Of a stretch of 64,000 nucleotides of DNA, positions 40,572 to 53,737 are shown one piece after another (the first letter of the stretch is position 1; every line of letters starts with the position of its first letter). The translations under genes and the position numbers were made by a program. Source of the DNA: Selaginella moellendorffii (lineage: Eukaryota > Plantae > Lycopodiophyta); contig NW_003314340.1 of NCBI RefSeq assembly GCF_000143415.4, positions 552,161-616,160 of the forward strand. The letters run 5' to 3'. The notes under the pieces are model-generated. The model was not told the origin of the DNA. It saw only the letters and a program-made list of their open reading frames with translations, and did no database searches.

Positions 40572-40818
40572 GGGGGCGCCGTCGCGACGCGAGCCCTAAA
40601 TCCCTGCCCCGAGCGCCAAGCGCGAAGCTCTCACTAGACCGAGCTGGAAGAGATTTGTCCTGCTGAGGTTAAACCCTACTTCCCTCCCTTTGCTCATGTC
40701 ATACGGACGATATTCCAAAACACAAAAAAAATTATCATACACCAAAACAACAGCATCCACTAGAACCTAAGTATTAGAAAGAATCGAAGAATGTGCCAGC
40801 GAAAGAGTTCTCCCGTGA

Positions 40819-42043
40819 TCACGACTGGATGACGAGGCCCACGTATATGGCAGCACACAAGAACGCTAGCGAAACAAATCCCCTGGGAAGAAAAAAAAAC
40901 GAATTTTTTTTGGTGGCGTCGATCTAGAAACTTTGGAAAGCTTACCAGATCACTCCCCAAGCGAGCCCATTGCACGGGCAGCAAACGCAAACTTCAGAGA
41001 ACTTCTCGGCGTCGCTGGTGTTTACTCTTCTCGAGATGAGATCGTCGTAGATATCTGGAGGAGATCATGTAGATTGATCACGCACAGAAGCCTTCGAAAC
41101 ATACGAGCGCTACGTACCGTAAACGGAGAACATACAGTTCATAACTCCTGGATGGAAAAAGGATTCCAAGGCGTTATATCTCCACTAGATCAAGCTTGAG
41201 CTCGCTTACCAATGAAGAGAATCACGTATCGCAGAAGGTGAACGCTTGTGGTTTCTTGCAATACCCAGATGATCGCCAGGAAAATGATAAAACCTGCGAA
41301 GCTTGTGTCAGTCGAGAAGCAAAAGATTCTAATGGTTTTACCGAGGCTGAGAAATCGAAGGAACCACTGCTCCAGTCAAGTTGGACATGCAAGAACGAAA
41401 AAAATGAGCTATGGAGCATCCGAAAAGCTTACATTTTTTGCGTAGATGACGAGAACGAAGAGGAGAGAGCCGCCGAGAATGGCTGCCGCGACTCGAGTAG
41501 CAATGCGATTCGTGGCCATCAAAATAAATGCCATTCCCCAGAACGAGGATCCGAGATCTGCGTGAAACGACCATCAAACCAGAGAAACTTGGGAAGAACT
41601 TAACTTACATCCGGCAGGAAGAATGAGCCATTGACTTCCACCTCGCGTACGAGTCACTCCCCCTTCGTTGAGATTAACTTCGATGCCTTCTACCTGGGAA
41701 AAGAAAAAAAACATGGAAGAAGGAAAAGCTTGGATCATCTATCGCGAGCACGAAAGTGACGCTAGGAAAGGATCGTGAGAGCTTACATGGCCGCAAGTGA
41801 GCTTACACGCAATCGCGTGAGACGCTTCGTGAAGATACACGGTGATGAGCTTGAATGGTGTCACTAGTGGCGTCCGCCATAGCTGCAAACAAGAAGAACA
41901 AGCAAGAACTTATAGACAAGAAGAAAATCCTTCCTTTCGATCGACAATACCGCAAGAATCGCCACGGCAAAGACGCCGATCGTCACCACAAATGTGACTT
42001 GCCGGCGATTGCAGCAGCTCCGCAGCTCCCAATCCCAATCCAT
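40819..42043 (-). CDS. Peptidase M50B-like membrane protein (HExxH)
   Basis: Spliced MDWDWELRSCCNRRQVTFVVTIGVF..|LWRTPLVTPFKLITVYLHEASHAIACKLTCGH|VEGIEVNLNEGGVT..YLGSSFWG..YDDLISRRVNTSDAEKF..GLVIQS*. Confidence 0.88.
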
Positions 42044-42836
42044 TGGCGCTCCCGCGAGATCCTCCTATCGCTCGGATTATCAGACCCCGATTATCGATCG
42101 ATGATATCAGCGATCGTACAGCAGCATCACCTCAAGAGCTTGGATTCGCGAATCCCGATCGCGTGCTTGGCCGCCGCCGCGTCCATTTGACCCAGCCTCC
42201 AATCGACCATACCATCGAAATATTTTTCTTCCACCGCGCAGTGGCTCCCCGCGCGGGGAAGAACACCACGACAACCCACCTTTAACTTAAAACTTTAATA
42301 CAATTTAACACAGTAGCCCTAATCTCCCCCTTTCTCTCTCTCTCTTCTCTCTCCAGCAGTAAAACGAAGGGCAGGCCTTTCTTTTCCATCGCCGGTGGAT
42401 TTTCAGCGCGGCGCCATCGCCGTCTCCTCGCCCTAGAGCCATCGCCGCGCCCCTGGTCTGTATCTCTCACATTCGATCGGCCGTAGGGTATAGCAGCGGT
42501 CCCATTTCTCGTTACCCTAGTTCCTCATTTCCGCAGATTGAAAGAACAGGTTTTTTTTTTGTTTCTTCGTCTTCTTTTTTCTTCCCTTTTTTCCTCTGAG
42601 GTGCCCGTAGCTTATAGTTTCTTTGCTCGCCGTGCGGGCTTTCCAGAGGTATAGATTTTATTAGGGCTTTGTGATTCAATCTCGATGGTGGAAGTTTTAC
42701 TGTAAGCCAACGCTCCTGGGGTGACATTCATGTTGTCTGGTATGTGAATTTGTTTGTTTGACTTTTGAGTCGGCTCTTCTTTCAGGAAGTCTTCTCTTTA
42801 AAGAAACTGAATTGCTAGTCGCTCAACTCGGAAGCC

Positions 42837-45800
42837 ATGATCACAGAGCGCAGGTAAGTCTTTTTGCGTTTCTTGATACGATGGCGAATGAATTTTTTTG
42901 TGAATTCTTCCAGGGGAGTTCGGAGGGGCATGACAGTGCTCGGCAAAATTCCGGTGCCGAGGCCTGTCAATCTTCCAAGCCAGAGGTATGTTTTTGAAAG
43001 CAAGTAACGGGCTTAAGTAAGTCATGTTGGATACAGGCTAGAAAATCGAGGACTCGATCCGAACGTGGAGATAGTGCCAAGGTAGCGATGTTTTTTTTTT
43101 TCTTGTCTCGCTTTAGACTTGATAAATAATTTCTCTTTTTTTAATGTAGAGGAACTGTTACGTGGGGTAACGCTGCTCGTTCTCCCCCGACTTCGACAAA
43201 CAACTGGGGTGGTGGTAACGGTTCACAGCCATCATCGCCACCTGTGAGTGCTGGTGCATGGGGTTCCAAGCCTGCATCAGCATGGGGGCCGAACTCTACA
43301 CGACCATCTTCCGCTGGCTCCACAAGACCATCATCCGCGGGAGGTGCGCATCCTTCGTCTAGTGTGCTTCGACCTGCGTCTGCCGGGGGTAGGCATCCAC
43401 AAGAGCTAGCTCGTCCATCTTCAGCTGGGAACCAAGACCTTCCTCCACAGAATGCCTGGGGTCCTGCAAATCGTCCTTCCACTTCTTCAGGAACACAAGC
43501 TAGCAGTCAGCCTTCGAATTCACGCCCACGGAGCGCCGAGGCGAGGCCGAACGGTCGAGTGTCTCTTCTGACTTCTGAGCTCGCACGTAATGGTCCGCAG
43601 CCATGGGGGCCTTCGGCATCACGGAAATCGGTTCGTAGCTTCTACACCGTTTGCTACTCACCATCCACGTATAATTCTTACAGCAGGACGAGGTGCCTCA
43701 GCCGTCCCGTTTTACTCTCACGACTGGAGATTTTCCTACGCTTGGGTCCGAAAAGAATCCAAATCTTCGACCACAGCAGCGTAAGCGTAATCAAGTTTTG
43801 TGTCTTTGTTTGCTGATTGATTCTGTTATTCAGGAGAACGTCCTGAGCACGTAGACGAACGTCCTGAAGAAAGACCACCTTCGCATCAGTATGGTACGCG
43901 TGTTTCTACATTTTCTTGCTTACTAAGGAAATTGATTGCTATAGATGATGGTTATCCTGGACAAGGTCCACGCTTCAATGACCACCCGGAGGGTGCCAAC
44001 GGCTGGGGTCGGGGTCCTTTCAGAGGGCCTCCCGGGCCTGGTATGGAAGGAGGATATGGAATGCCGTCGAATAGCTGGCGTCGGGAGCCACCACCCGATG
44101 GCGAAGACCACTGGCCTCCAAGTGGACCATACGGACCTCCCAGGTTCCCAAATCCAGAGTTTCTTCATCAAAGGTTTGGTCCGAGCCCTCCAGCTTCCTA
44201 CGGTCAGCCCGGTGATGGCTATGGTCCTCCACCGTTCATGAGGCCAATGAATCCGGAACGTCCTGGTTTCGGCCCGGGAATGTTTCCAGGGCATTACGAT
44301 GGGTACTACGGCTATCCTCCAAGTTACAACATGGATGAGAGAGAAATGATGATGTGGGGAGGACCAGGAGGATATGGCGGTTTTCATCCTGATTTTCCCA
44401 GGCATCCAATGGGACCAAGGCCCCGTCATATGCCGAACCATGCAGTCTTTGAAAAGGATGGGGAAGGCTTTCATTCGGAGTTCAGAGGTGGTGGAAAGAT
44501 GAAAGAAGGAGACAATGGGGAGTTCAGGAGAGAACCAGTGAACAAGGCTGCAAACGATGCAAAGAGGTCCACGATGCATCCTCCCAAGGCTGAACCAGTA
44601 GTTCCGGACGTGGCCATCCTAAAAAAGCCACAGCCTATCAAGGAAAAGCAGGAGGATGGAGACTCAGTTGACGCACCTCGCATTGCTGACAAAAAGGAAG
44701 AAATCATTAAAGCTGAGGCTGTGGCTCCTCCATCCGAGCCTACTGAAACAACCGCAGGTGTTCTTGGAAAGGGCCCTGTTGCCATAGTTGACGAGAAGCA
44801 CGGCGAACAGGTGCTTAAAGATGGTGTCAAGTCAAAGCCCAAGACAGCTGCGGCCCACGAGTCCGAAAAGGAGTGGAGGCCTAAGCTTCATGCGACGGAT
44901 TTGAACGTTTATGATTACGAGGCTCAGGTATCCTACAGGCCTTTATTTTAATGACGTGAAACTTATTTCGTTTTGTCTTTTTTCTTTCAGCGTGCAAAGA
45001 TGAAAGAGATTGCTGCTCAAAGAGCAGAACAGCTTCAGAAAGAAGAGGAAGAACGAATCAAAGAACAGAAAGCAAAGGCAATGGCTAAGCTTGAGGAGCT
45101 TAATAGGCGTTCAACAGGCGCTCCTACTGATACCACTGATACTCCAGTTGAAGCGAAGGCTTCAGGAGTAAGTAGTAAGCCCGAGCATGGAAAGCGAGGT
45201 GGCAAAGGAAGCAGAGCGAGAAAAGAGAGGTCGAAAGGACAGTCCAAGAAAGACGTGAACGTGAATGCCGCTGAAACTCCACCGCCTCCGAAAACAGACG
45301 CCGTGGAAACTCCGGTACGAGATGGGCGAGATGACGTAGTCCAAGACGGCGGAGCAGCCCAAAGCCCGAGACAAGATGCCCGGGTCCAAAGTCCGAAGCA
45401 AGAGAACCGGCTCCAAAGTCCGAGACAAGATGGCCGAGCTCAAGAAGCCCGAGTTCAGAGTCCTGCCGCGCAGGAAGAGGTTCCGGCCGAAGAAAGAAAC
45501 GCGACAAAAGGGAATGGTGGCAGAAGGCTTCCGAGGAAGCCAAAGAGGATATCGTCCAAGTCCCAGGACGTACGAGTTAGCGACAAGCAGCACGGAGCTG
45601 AGAATATGATCTGGGCGCCTGTGCGTAGTACTCTCGACCAGCCGCAGCAGCCTCCGCCTCCGCCACCACCAGGGCCACAGCCACAGCCACAGGCTTCCAA
45701 GCAGCACCAGGCTCCGGCTTCTCGTCCCCACGACAAGGAACGAGAGCGGCACGAGAGGTCCGAGAGGCACGAAAGGTCCGAGAGGTCCGAGAGGCACGAG

Positions 45801-46514
45801 AGGCACGAGAGGCCCGAGAGACATGAAAGGTCCGAGAGACACGACAGGTCCGAGAGGCATAGAGACAACGGCATGGTTTATCAGCAGAAGTCAGGAAACG
45901 GCGGCGGCGGCGGCGGCGGCGGCGGTAGGCAAGGCCACGATCATCATCCTCAGCCGCAAGACAAAGCAACAGTTCATGCGGAAGGCGGTGGTGGCGGTGG
46001 TGCTGCTGCTGGAGGTGGTGGTCATCAGAGGCCACAGTCGGCTGGCTCCAGGTTTGGGCATAGAGAGCGACCATTCTCGTCTGAGAGCGGTCATCACCAT
46101 AACAAGTCTCAGTATCAGCCAGTACCACAGCAGCAGCAGCAAAACAATCCCCAGCAGCATCAGCAGCAGCAAAACCATCTCCAGCAGCAGCAGAACCCGC
46201 AGAACCAGCAGAACCATCAGCAGCAAAACCATCACCAACAGCAGCATCGATCCGGAAAACCCGAGCATGGAAGTAATTCCAACTGGGGAAGTGGCGGTGG
46301 CGGTGGTGGTGGCGGTGGTGGTGGTGGCGGTGGCGTCGGCGGTGGCGTCGGTGGTGGCGGTGGTGGCGGTGGCGGCGGTGGTGGTGGTGGAAGGCGAGGT
46401 CGGTTTGGACGTGGAGGGATGAGGTCGGTGGTGGACATGGGAGGCAGGGTCGAGAAGCAGAGGATGGTGATCGATGCAACCGGCGGAGCTCTTCCAAATC
46501 AAGTTGCTGGCTGA
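42837..46514 (+). CDS. MOS1: MODIFIER OF SNC1 1-like (BAT2/PRRC2 N-terminal domain), low-complexity C-terminus
   Basis: MITERR|GVRRGMTVLGKIPVPRPVNLPSQR|LENRGLDPNVEIVPR|GTVTWG, FTLTTGDFPTLG, DYEAQ|RAKMKEIAAQRAEQLQKEEEER, NMIWAPVR. Confidence 0.88.
45355..46392 (+). repeat. Coding tandem repeats in MOS1: QSPRQD units, (HER/SER)n, poly-Gln, poly-Gly
   Basis: 27-bp units at about 45355-45465, 9/18-bp gagaggcac/gagaggtcc units at 45740-45860, and a GGN tract at 46291-46392. Confidence 0.85.
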
Positions 46515-46875
46515 GTAAGCGCCGCTATCTCTCCCGATCTTTATCTTCATCTCGCTTTTTTTTTTTTCTTGTTCTTGATGATTCTTGTTTTGCTTTGATA
46601 GGAACTGGATTGTCGGTGCCGTATCCTATCCGCGAACGATTGTCACTGGGATTGGTTACTCAGAATTGGATGGAGAGGTTTTAAAAGCAAAAAGTTTTTT
46701 CGTTCGTTCGGTCGTTGTTTGTAGCCTTTGCTCTGCCAAGAAATGAGAAAGTGGAAATGAGAAAGTGATTCCTAGCTTAATAGCTGTAAAGTTTACTACT
46801 TCGATCTTATTGCTTTAGTTGGGCAATATGATCTTAAAACATGTAATACTAAACTCGAAAAGCGCTGGACTTCTA

Positions 46876-46990
46876 ACGCGTGGCGACAGCTATCTTCATT
46901 CCCCGGACAGCGTAACACGTGTCCAAAATGCTGGACGCCATGCACAATCAACACGTAGGCCACACTTAACCATATTCGCCAAGTATAAAT
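46876..46990 (+). promoter_or_regulatory. ABA/maturation-type promoter of the LEA gene
   Basis: CE3-like ACGCGTGGC at 46876, ABRE CACGTGTC at 46916, RY CATGCA at 46939, ACACGT at 46951 and TATAAAT at 46984. Confidence 0.7.
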
Positions 46991-47100
46991 TGGAGCTCCT
47001 TGCTCCCGCATTCTCATCAAGTTCTCAGAGCGTTCTTCACACCAGTTGTTTGGATTTCTCTCATTCTCCGAATCGTTTTTTCGTAGTCCGATCTTCGGCA

Positions 47101-47694
47101 ATGGCATCTGAAAAGGCCCAGGAGCTCAAGGACACCGCCGGACAGAAGTGGAACGAGGCCACCGGCGCGGGGCAGCAAAAGACTGGAGAGGCCCAAAAGC
47201 ACTCACAGGTTTGTCAATCTCTCTCTCTTCCAGTTGCTCCTCTGGATCCTCTGAAGCTCTCGAGAGTTGTTTTGTATGGAGCAATCCTTTCAAGCCTCTC
47301 GGGAGTTTCAATTGTTCCTCTAGATCGTTCATGGATCCGAATTTCAATTGGTAATCGGCTTTGACACCATTTTGTGACGAACAGGAGGCTGCTGGTGCCA
47401 CCAAGGAGAAGACCCACGAGGCCGGCCAGGCGACCCAAGACAAATGGGGTCAAACCAAGCAGGGCACCGGTGACGCTGCTCATGGAGCTCAAGCCAAGGC
47501 GGGCGAGGCCAAGGACCACACCGGAAATGTCTTGCAGCAGGTATTTCGTTTAAAGTCTCCATTCGTTCTTCCAACATGTCTACTAACATTTTTGGTGATT
47601 TGTTCTTTGCAAGGTTGGAGACCAGGTGAAGGGAACCATGGAGAAGGCCAAGGAGACCCTCTCTGGCGGTGGCAACAACAATCCCACCAAGTAA
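47101..47694 (+). CDS. Late embryogenesis abundant protein (group 3/LEA_4-like), 3 exons
   Basis: MASEKAQELKDTAGQKWNEATG..|EAAGATKEKTHEAGQATQDK..TGNVLQQ|VGDQVKGTMEKAKETL; A/K/Q/E/T-rich 11-mer style. Confidence 0.9.
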
Positions 47695-47821
47695 AAGTGT
47701 GAACGAATCAATCCATTATGCTCTTCATCACACTATTGAGGATTGGTTGTACAAATAAGTCGCATATGAATATAATCTTGTCCCGTGTGTGAAAATTGGT
47801 CTGTGCTCTTGACTTAACAAA

Positions 47822-47928
47822 TTTTAGGTTAAAGTTAATGGTTTGTGGAACGTTTAGGGCCTAAAGTTCTTATTGAGTTTTAGGTTAAAGTTACGGTTTG
47901 TGGAACCTTTAGTTAGAGCTTAAAATTC
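47822..47928. repeat. ~56-bp direct tandem duplication upstream of the F-box pseudogene
   Basis: ttttaggttaaagtta(atg/cg)gtttgtggaac(g/c)tttag occurs at 47822 and again at 47878. Confidence 0.8.
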
Positions 47929-47955
47929 AAATTCTAGGGCTAGGTTTTCCTGGAT

Positions 47956-48886
47956 ATGGCGACGAGCAGGAGGGCATGGCGGGGCACGGCAGGGATTTCG
48001 AGCCTGATGCCGGAGCTCGTCAGGGAAATCCTTCGCAGGCTGTCGTTCTCGGGCGTTCTAAAGGCGCGACGCGTGTGCCAGGTGTGGAGATCCGTGGTGG
48101 AATTCCGGAGCTCGTACAGGGACAGCGCTCGGTTCTTCTAATTCGATCCAGGACAGGGTGTGATGGGCGCCGCCGCACTTCGGAAACGTGGAGAGGGATG
48201 TTCCCGACTGGCTGTGCGCCGTATCGCAGGACAAGCGCCTCGTCTTGGCGCGCTCCTCGCAGGAGAGGAGGGTCTTCGTCGGGAATCCCTTCGTGGGCAA
48301 GTGGGAGGAGATCCCCTACTTGCGATTCGGGGACATGTCCATGGTCTGCCTCTTTGCTGCCGCTTCGAATTCTTCTCGCGGGGATTACAAGGTTGCGGTG
48401 TGGTGCTCGGATGGCACGCTCTACACCTTCGCTCGCGGCCAGGAGGCGTGGATTCCTGCCAAAGGGGACGGTGCCCCCGGATCGATCCCGGCGCTGCTGG
48501 ACGGTGTAGTGTATTGTACCGCTTCGCACGATCACAAGTGGCTCCTCCAGTATGACTTGACACGCAACAAGTTCTTGTATTCGCATCTGTATGACAAAGT
48601 TGGCGATGGTGCCTATGTAGCTGCCTGGGGTGACAAGCTTTACGTGCTCGTGCTCAATGCGGTGAAGAAGGGCAGAGTGGAGATTTGGGGAGTCCGTTTT
48701 GAAGTGAAACAAATCTGGACTGAGTTTGTGAGCAAGTATGTTGTGGGTTTGGAGGCTGGGGAGTTTAGATTTACTGGGCAAGCTGGGAGTGCTCTCAGCT
48801 TTTCTTGCTCTTGCAAAGGTAAGAAGAGCAACGCTTGCTTCTCATATGATGTGAATTCAAGGCTAAGCAAGGGTTTGCCTCAATAG
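47956..48886 (+). pseudogene. F-box protein pseudogene
   Basis: F-box SSLMPELVREILRRLSFSGVLKARRVCQVWRSVV, then an in-frame TAA at 48139 and a +1 frameshift near 48160 into the downstream VGNPFVGKWEEIP..DYKV frame. Confidence 0.75.
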
Positions 48887-48929
48887 CTGTGCCGGTACAG
48901 CTTGTTTACTGAGACAAAGAAATACTTAC

Positions 48930-49985
48930 ATAAATTTGTTTTGAATTACTAAGTTGGATTAGTTTCTCAGCTAATGTTAAAACTAATATATCAATTAGAG
49001 AAGTTATTTTTAGGAACTTTTATGTCAATTTATAGAATAATTTAAAAATAAGCCTAAAAATTCATTCACTAATTATCTAAATTATCAAAAACAAAATAGA
49101 AAATTTTAAAAAACTCTATGAACAATTATAAATTATAGCAAGATTTTATTTTACTTGGAAAAGAAAAAAGTGTGTTTATGTTGTATATTAATGTAACAAA
49201 GGTTACAAATTTTTAATAGTCAATTTTCAAAATAGTTTCTGAATGATAAATTTGATTCATATGGTCAAACAAATCTTTTTTTTTCAAAAACTTTTAAGTA
49301 TTTTATCATATATGGTTTATGTTATTTTAAATCAATTAACTGATTGACACATAACTAAAGAAATATAGTACATTCTGTAATGTAAATATATTAAGTTATA
49401 GTGAAAGAATAACAAATTAAAATAAAATATTATTTATATATGCAAATAGTTTTATATAAAGTACATTTCTCTATTGTCAAAATTATGAATACTTTTAAAA
49501 TCTTAATAATTATTAGTTATAGGTAAAACCATAGATTCTGTATGTTGCAAAAATATTTAGATAATAATTAAAATAGATATGTTTTTTTATGCGAGAATGA
49601 AAAAAATTAGCTAGAACCCATTTGCCATTTGATAATATAAATAGAGCACTTTAAACATATTATTAAATCAAATATATGATATTTTAGTGATTAGTGATGT
49701 TTTCTATGCAAATAAAATAAGATAGAATTTAAAGTGGCTAAAGAATTTGAAGAGAACTCCTGTACTTCATTATCATTTTGGTGATTTAAGTATTAGAATA
49801 TCAAATCATAAAAAATGTAAATTAAATTAAATTTATATAATATTTATCAATCTCTTTTTTTAATACAATAAAACTTATTATTGTAAAATATGTTATCAAA
49901 CAATGTTCTACATTGGTTTATATATTAAATACATGAATAAAAAATACAAAAACTTTATATCTCAAAATAATTTCATTAATCATTT
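48930..49985. other. Extremely AT-rich non-coding insertion-like segment (possible decayed non-autonomous TE)
   Basis: Abrupt shift to AT-rich sequence with no ORFs. No clear termini were identified. Confidence 0.4.
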
Positions 49986-50143
49986 CCCGTATAACCCTAA
50001 GCACGGATGGGGTAACAAAGCACCCCGGTGAACAGTGCGTGGTACCTGTTGAAAACTTACCTGTAAGAAAGATGGCGTAAGAAAAGAAAAAACGAAGTTA
50101 AGCATATGATTAATTTAAAGTATATACCATAAAAATGCAGCTT

Positions 50144-53100
50144 TCAATCTTCGCCATCGTTTCCGAAGTCTCCAAACTCCTCTCCATCGCCTCCATCGCC
50201 CGCCTCGTCCTGCTGCTCGGCCTCACCGAGATCGTAGTGAGACGGAAGCTCCATTTCCACTTCCATGGCGTCGCCTTCTTGCACTGGAAGAGGACCATCG
50301 GACATTTTCTTCGTGGCTGCTAAGCTCGCCTCGTTAAACAACGCGTGGTAAGGCTTTTGGACCTGTTGGAAACTTTCTTGTAAGCAAGAACAGAGAACAA
50401 AGAGAAAAAAAGATAAAATAAACTACCTTGAACATCCTGTTTCGCTGCTGCGCGTGCTTGATGAGATTTCCCCAGTGCTCGTCTTGCCTCAAAGCAGCCG
50501 CGCATCCAACCACCTAGTTAACAAAAAGAACAAAAAAACGGAAATGAAAGCGAGAGAGAGAGTCTACATACCAGCATTGAAGCTCTTGCTCTCGTTAAAC
50601 CGACGTTCATTCGGCGAAAGTCGGACACAAAGCCAATGCCTTTGCTCTTGTTTGCTCGCACACAAGAGAATATAGCTATGTCTTTCTCACGTCCCTGTAA
50701 AAGACAAACAGAAAACAATATCATCCGCGAGCATGAGAAATAAGTACCTGGAAACCATCTACAGTGTTGATGTCGATAAGTCGGGCGGCATCCTTTCCCA
50801 GAACTTCGGCAAATCGGGTACGTAACGTTGTCACTTGGTGCTTGTAAGGAGAGATCACGGCGACGTGAGGCCCGCCCTTGAGCTCGGGATATAACGCGAT
50901 AAGATGGCGATACAAGACCAACACAAACTCGGCCTCGTCACTGTTTATGTAGGAGCCGCTCCCCGGAGGTTGAGTTTCGCGGCCTTCAATGTCAAAGAAA
51001 GCGAACGGGCCAAAGCAGCAGTACTCATGCCACGCTCGAGAAGTTTGCTGCTCCACTTCAGCACCATCCTCCAGAGCTTCTCCGTAGAATTCTTTGGACG
51101 GGAAATCTCGAATCTACAATGCTTATATGCGTGAGACAATGGCAATGCATAAAGCGGATCGAATGCTTACTTGAGGATGCATGCGATATTGCGTGTTGAG
51201 CATTTGCACGGGGTACCCAGCTTTTTGGAAACGTTTAAACATACTTGTTCCATATCTGGTCGAGAGAAAAAAAAAAAAAATTTAAGCGTCATCGAACAGA
51301 ATGAACTTACCCGTGCTTCACTGCCTCGGTGGACAACACCGTTGCTGGTAACTGTATTGGATCTCCCACCTGGACTAAGAAATTAACCACAAATAAAGCT
51401 ATGATATACAGAATCACTTACCAGAAACGCTTGCTTACAACCGTGAGTTAGAGGTACTAGAGTCGAGGGTTCAACCTGATAAAACATACATTGTTACACG
51501 CGGAAAAATCTCGGCTAGCTTACAGCTTGAGCAGCTTCATCAATGACGACGACATCAAATCCACGTTTCATCCTCGAAAAAACACTGGAGCCGCTAAAAC
51601 TTAGAGTCGAACAGACCTGTAAGAGTGTCAGCGAAAAAAAGATCGGGATGAGTTAGCTTTACACACAATTGCAGCTTCCTCAAGGATTGCCAATCGAACA
51701 CGCTCCCTCTCTCTTCCACCACCCCCTCCTCGAGCACTAGACATTGAGCGGTCGATGCTTTGCAATCTTTGATCAACCTGGAACCATACGGCGTGAAATA
51801 AATAAATTTTGTAAAAAGCTGCGAACACCAACCAGGTGATCCATACAAACGGACTGAACGGAGTGATGCGCATTCAAGCCCATGCGAACAATACTTGGGA
51901 CATAACTGTCACCATTTTCGTCGCGAATACCTGGAAAGCATACAGGAGAACGTAAATTCTATAATTTAGAAAAAGAGTATACCTGTGTACCAGATTTTAA
52001 CAGTCGCAGTACAATCTCATCCAGAGCAGAGTTTGAAGGTGCACATACGAGAACATGAGCGCGATGCTTACGCGTTGTTCCAACGACTTCGGCTCTCTGC
52101 AAAGAAAAATACCATAAGATTGGATGAAATCTTTCAAAACCATTCTGTTATACAAACTGGTTCGGTGCGCAAGGGAAAAAACCATCGTCACCATCCTCCG
52201 GCATAATTAAATCGCGTGGGTTTCCAACACCCAGCCATGGCGAAGCTTTAAGCCAGTGATCCAGCCTGCAAAGACAATGACCATTCTAGTTTCCTTTCAA
52301 GGTGGCTTACTTTTCATGCGAAGACATCTCGGACTTTTGCAGCAAGCGCAGCGAACCCTCTCTGTGTAAGTAAATTCAGTGGCCTTGCCTTACAAATAGA
52401 CAAGAAGGGGTACGTACTGAGAAAAGGTCGCCACAGTTGCATGTAAAATGACGCTGAGGAGCCCAAGAATTGTTTGAGTCTTACCAGTTCCCGGGGGCCC
52501 CTGCAAGGCATTTCGAGTAAGAAAAAGAGAGCAAAGTTCAACGACACACAAGTACATACCTGAATCAACACCAAGGGCTGACCACTAAGCCCTGCCTACT
52601 TGCCAGATTAGAGCTAAGACTATAAGAATTGCTTGCGAGTACCTGAATAGCGTTAATCTGTGACTGGTTATGCGTCGTTTGTAAATAGTCTTTAAGTCCG
52701 CGGGGGATCGTTCGACAGCCAGCGGAGACATCTGATGCGCTCGCAGAAACGATTGTGTCACTGAAGGCTATAGAGCCTAACGAGCACAAGGCAACGTACT
52801 CCCTGGATATCGTCGACAAGTTACAAAGCTGGGAGAACAAAGACTGTAAGAAAGAAAAGAAAACACTGAATAGAAGTCAGCTCGCTTACCTTGCAAATGA
52901 ACCAGCCGGATCCAGACGCCTGCAAAGCCAGTCGCAGTCTCGCATCTCTATCGTTCGAAGAGTCCGACTCCAAGTAAAGCCGAAGCGAGAGAATTTGTAG
53001 CCCTTCATGCCCGTCCACCATAGCAAGTGCGTAAGTTTTTGGAAGATCAGCACCACCTAAAGGCTGAACGAAAGCTTAAGACCTTCCTAAAGAGGAGAAG

Positions 53101-53620
53101 GAAGTGCTAACCTCTTTCGTGATGAGAATCAACTCATTGTCTGGGAAAAGTTCGCCTATCTCTGCTCGAACTGCAACCTTGGCAGAGTAAAACTCGTTTA
53201 CTTTCTCGCAATGCGTGAGCGCTGCGACGTGATACTCAGCAGCACCTAAGAGGAGAAGGAAAGAAAAAGAAAAAGAAGCTATAAGCAACGCCACAAGAGG
53301 AGTGATGAGAAAACTTTTACCTCCATCGTCATCCCCTCTCACGATCTGTGCTCGGCATTCCTCGAGAAGAAGGGGCTCAAACACAGCAATGTAGTCTTCC
53401 AGGCTCGCAAACGTCTGAGGCACGGTGGGGAGCACTGGCGCCGACACGCGATTCTTCCTCTTTTTTGTCTCTGGAGCCTGAAATCAAGAATCCTATGGAT
53501 TGAATTCCTGCGACGCGGCGACACTACCTTGGATTGAGCTAGCAGCTGGATGTAATCCCACCGGAGCAAGATCTTCTGGAGCTTGGTGTGATGAGACGCC
53601 ACAATGGACGCCTTGTCCAT
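50144..53620 (-). CDS. MAA3: SEN1/senataxin-like SF1 helicase MAGATAMA 3-like, multi-exon
   Basis: [40 protein letters not shown]|[34 protein letters not shown]|[16 protein letters not shown]. Confidence 0.92.
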
Positions 53621-53701
53621 CGCGCCAAAAGCCCTAACACTAGGGTTTAAGATTGGATACTTGGTATATCCTTTCAGGGTTTTTGGCGCGAAGATCGTCT
53701 A

Positions 53702-53737
53702 TTGACTTTTGGTTGACCAAATTGACTTTCATTGACT
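53702..53737. promoter_or_regulatory. Four tandem W-boxes upstream of MAA3
   Basis: TTGAC(C/T) at 53702, 53713, 53722 and 53732. Confidence 0.5.

Noticed and set aside
42044-42186. Upstream ATG (42186) as the start of the M50B-like gene
   Set aside because: After the obvious intron it is out of frame with the conserved MDWDWEL start.
48115-48151. Short intron rescuing the F-box ORF
   Set aside because: Only about 37 nt with weak signals; a stop plus a 1-bp insertion in otherwise FDP..W-like coding sequence is simpler, though RNA-seq should confirm.
49980-50060. Possible Helitron 3' hairpin at the end of the AT-rich block
   Set aside because: No CTRR terminus after the hairpin; the sequence more likely belongs to the MAA3 3' region.
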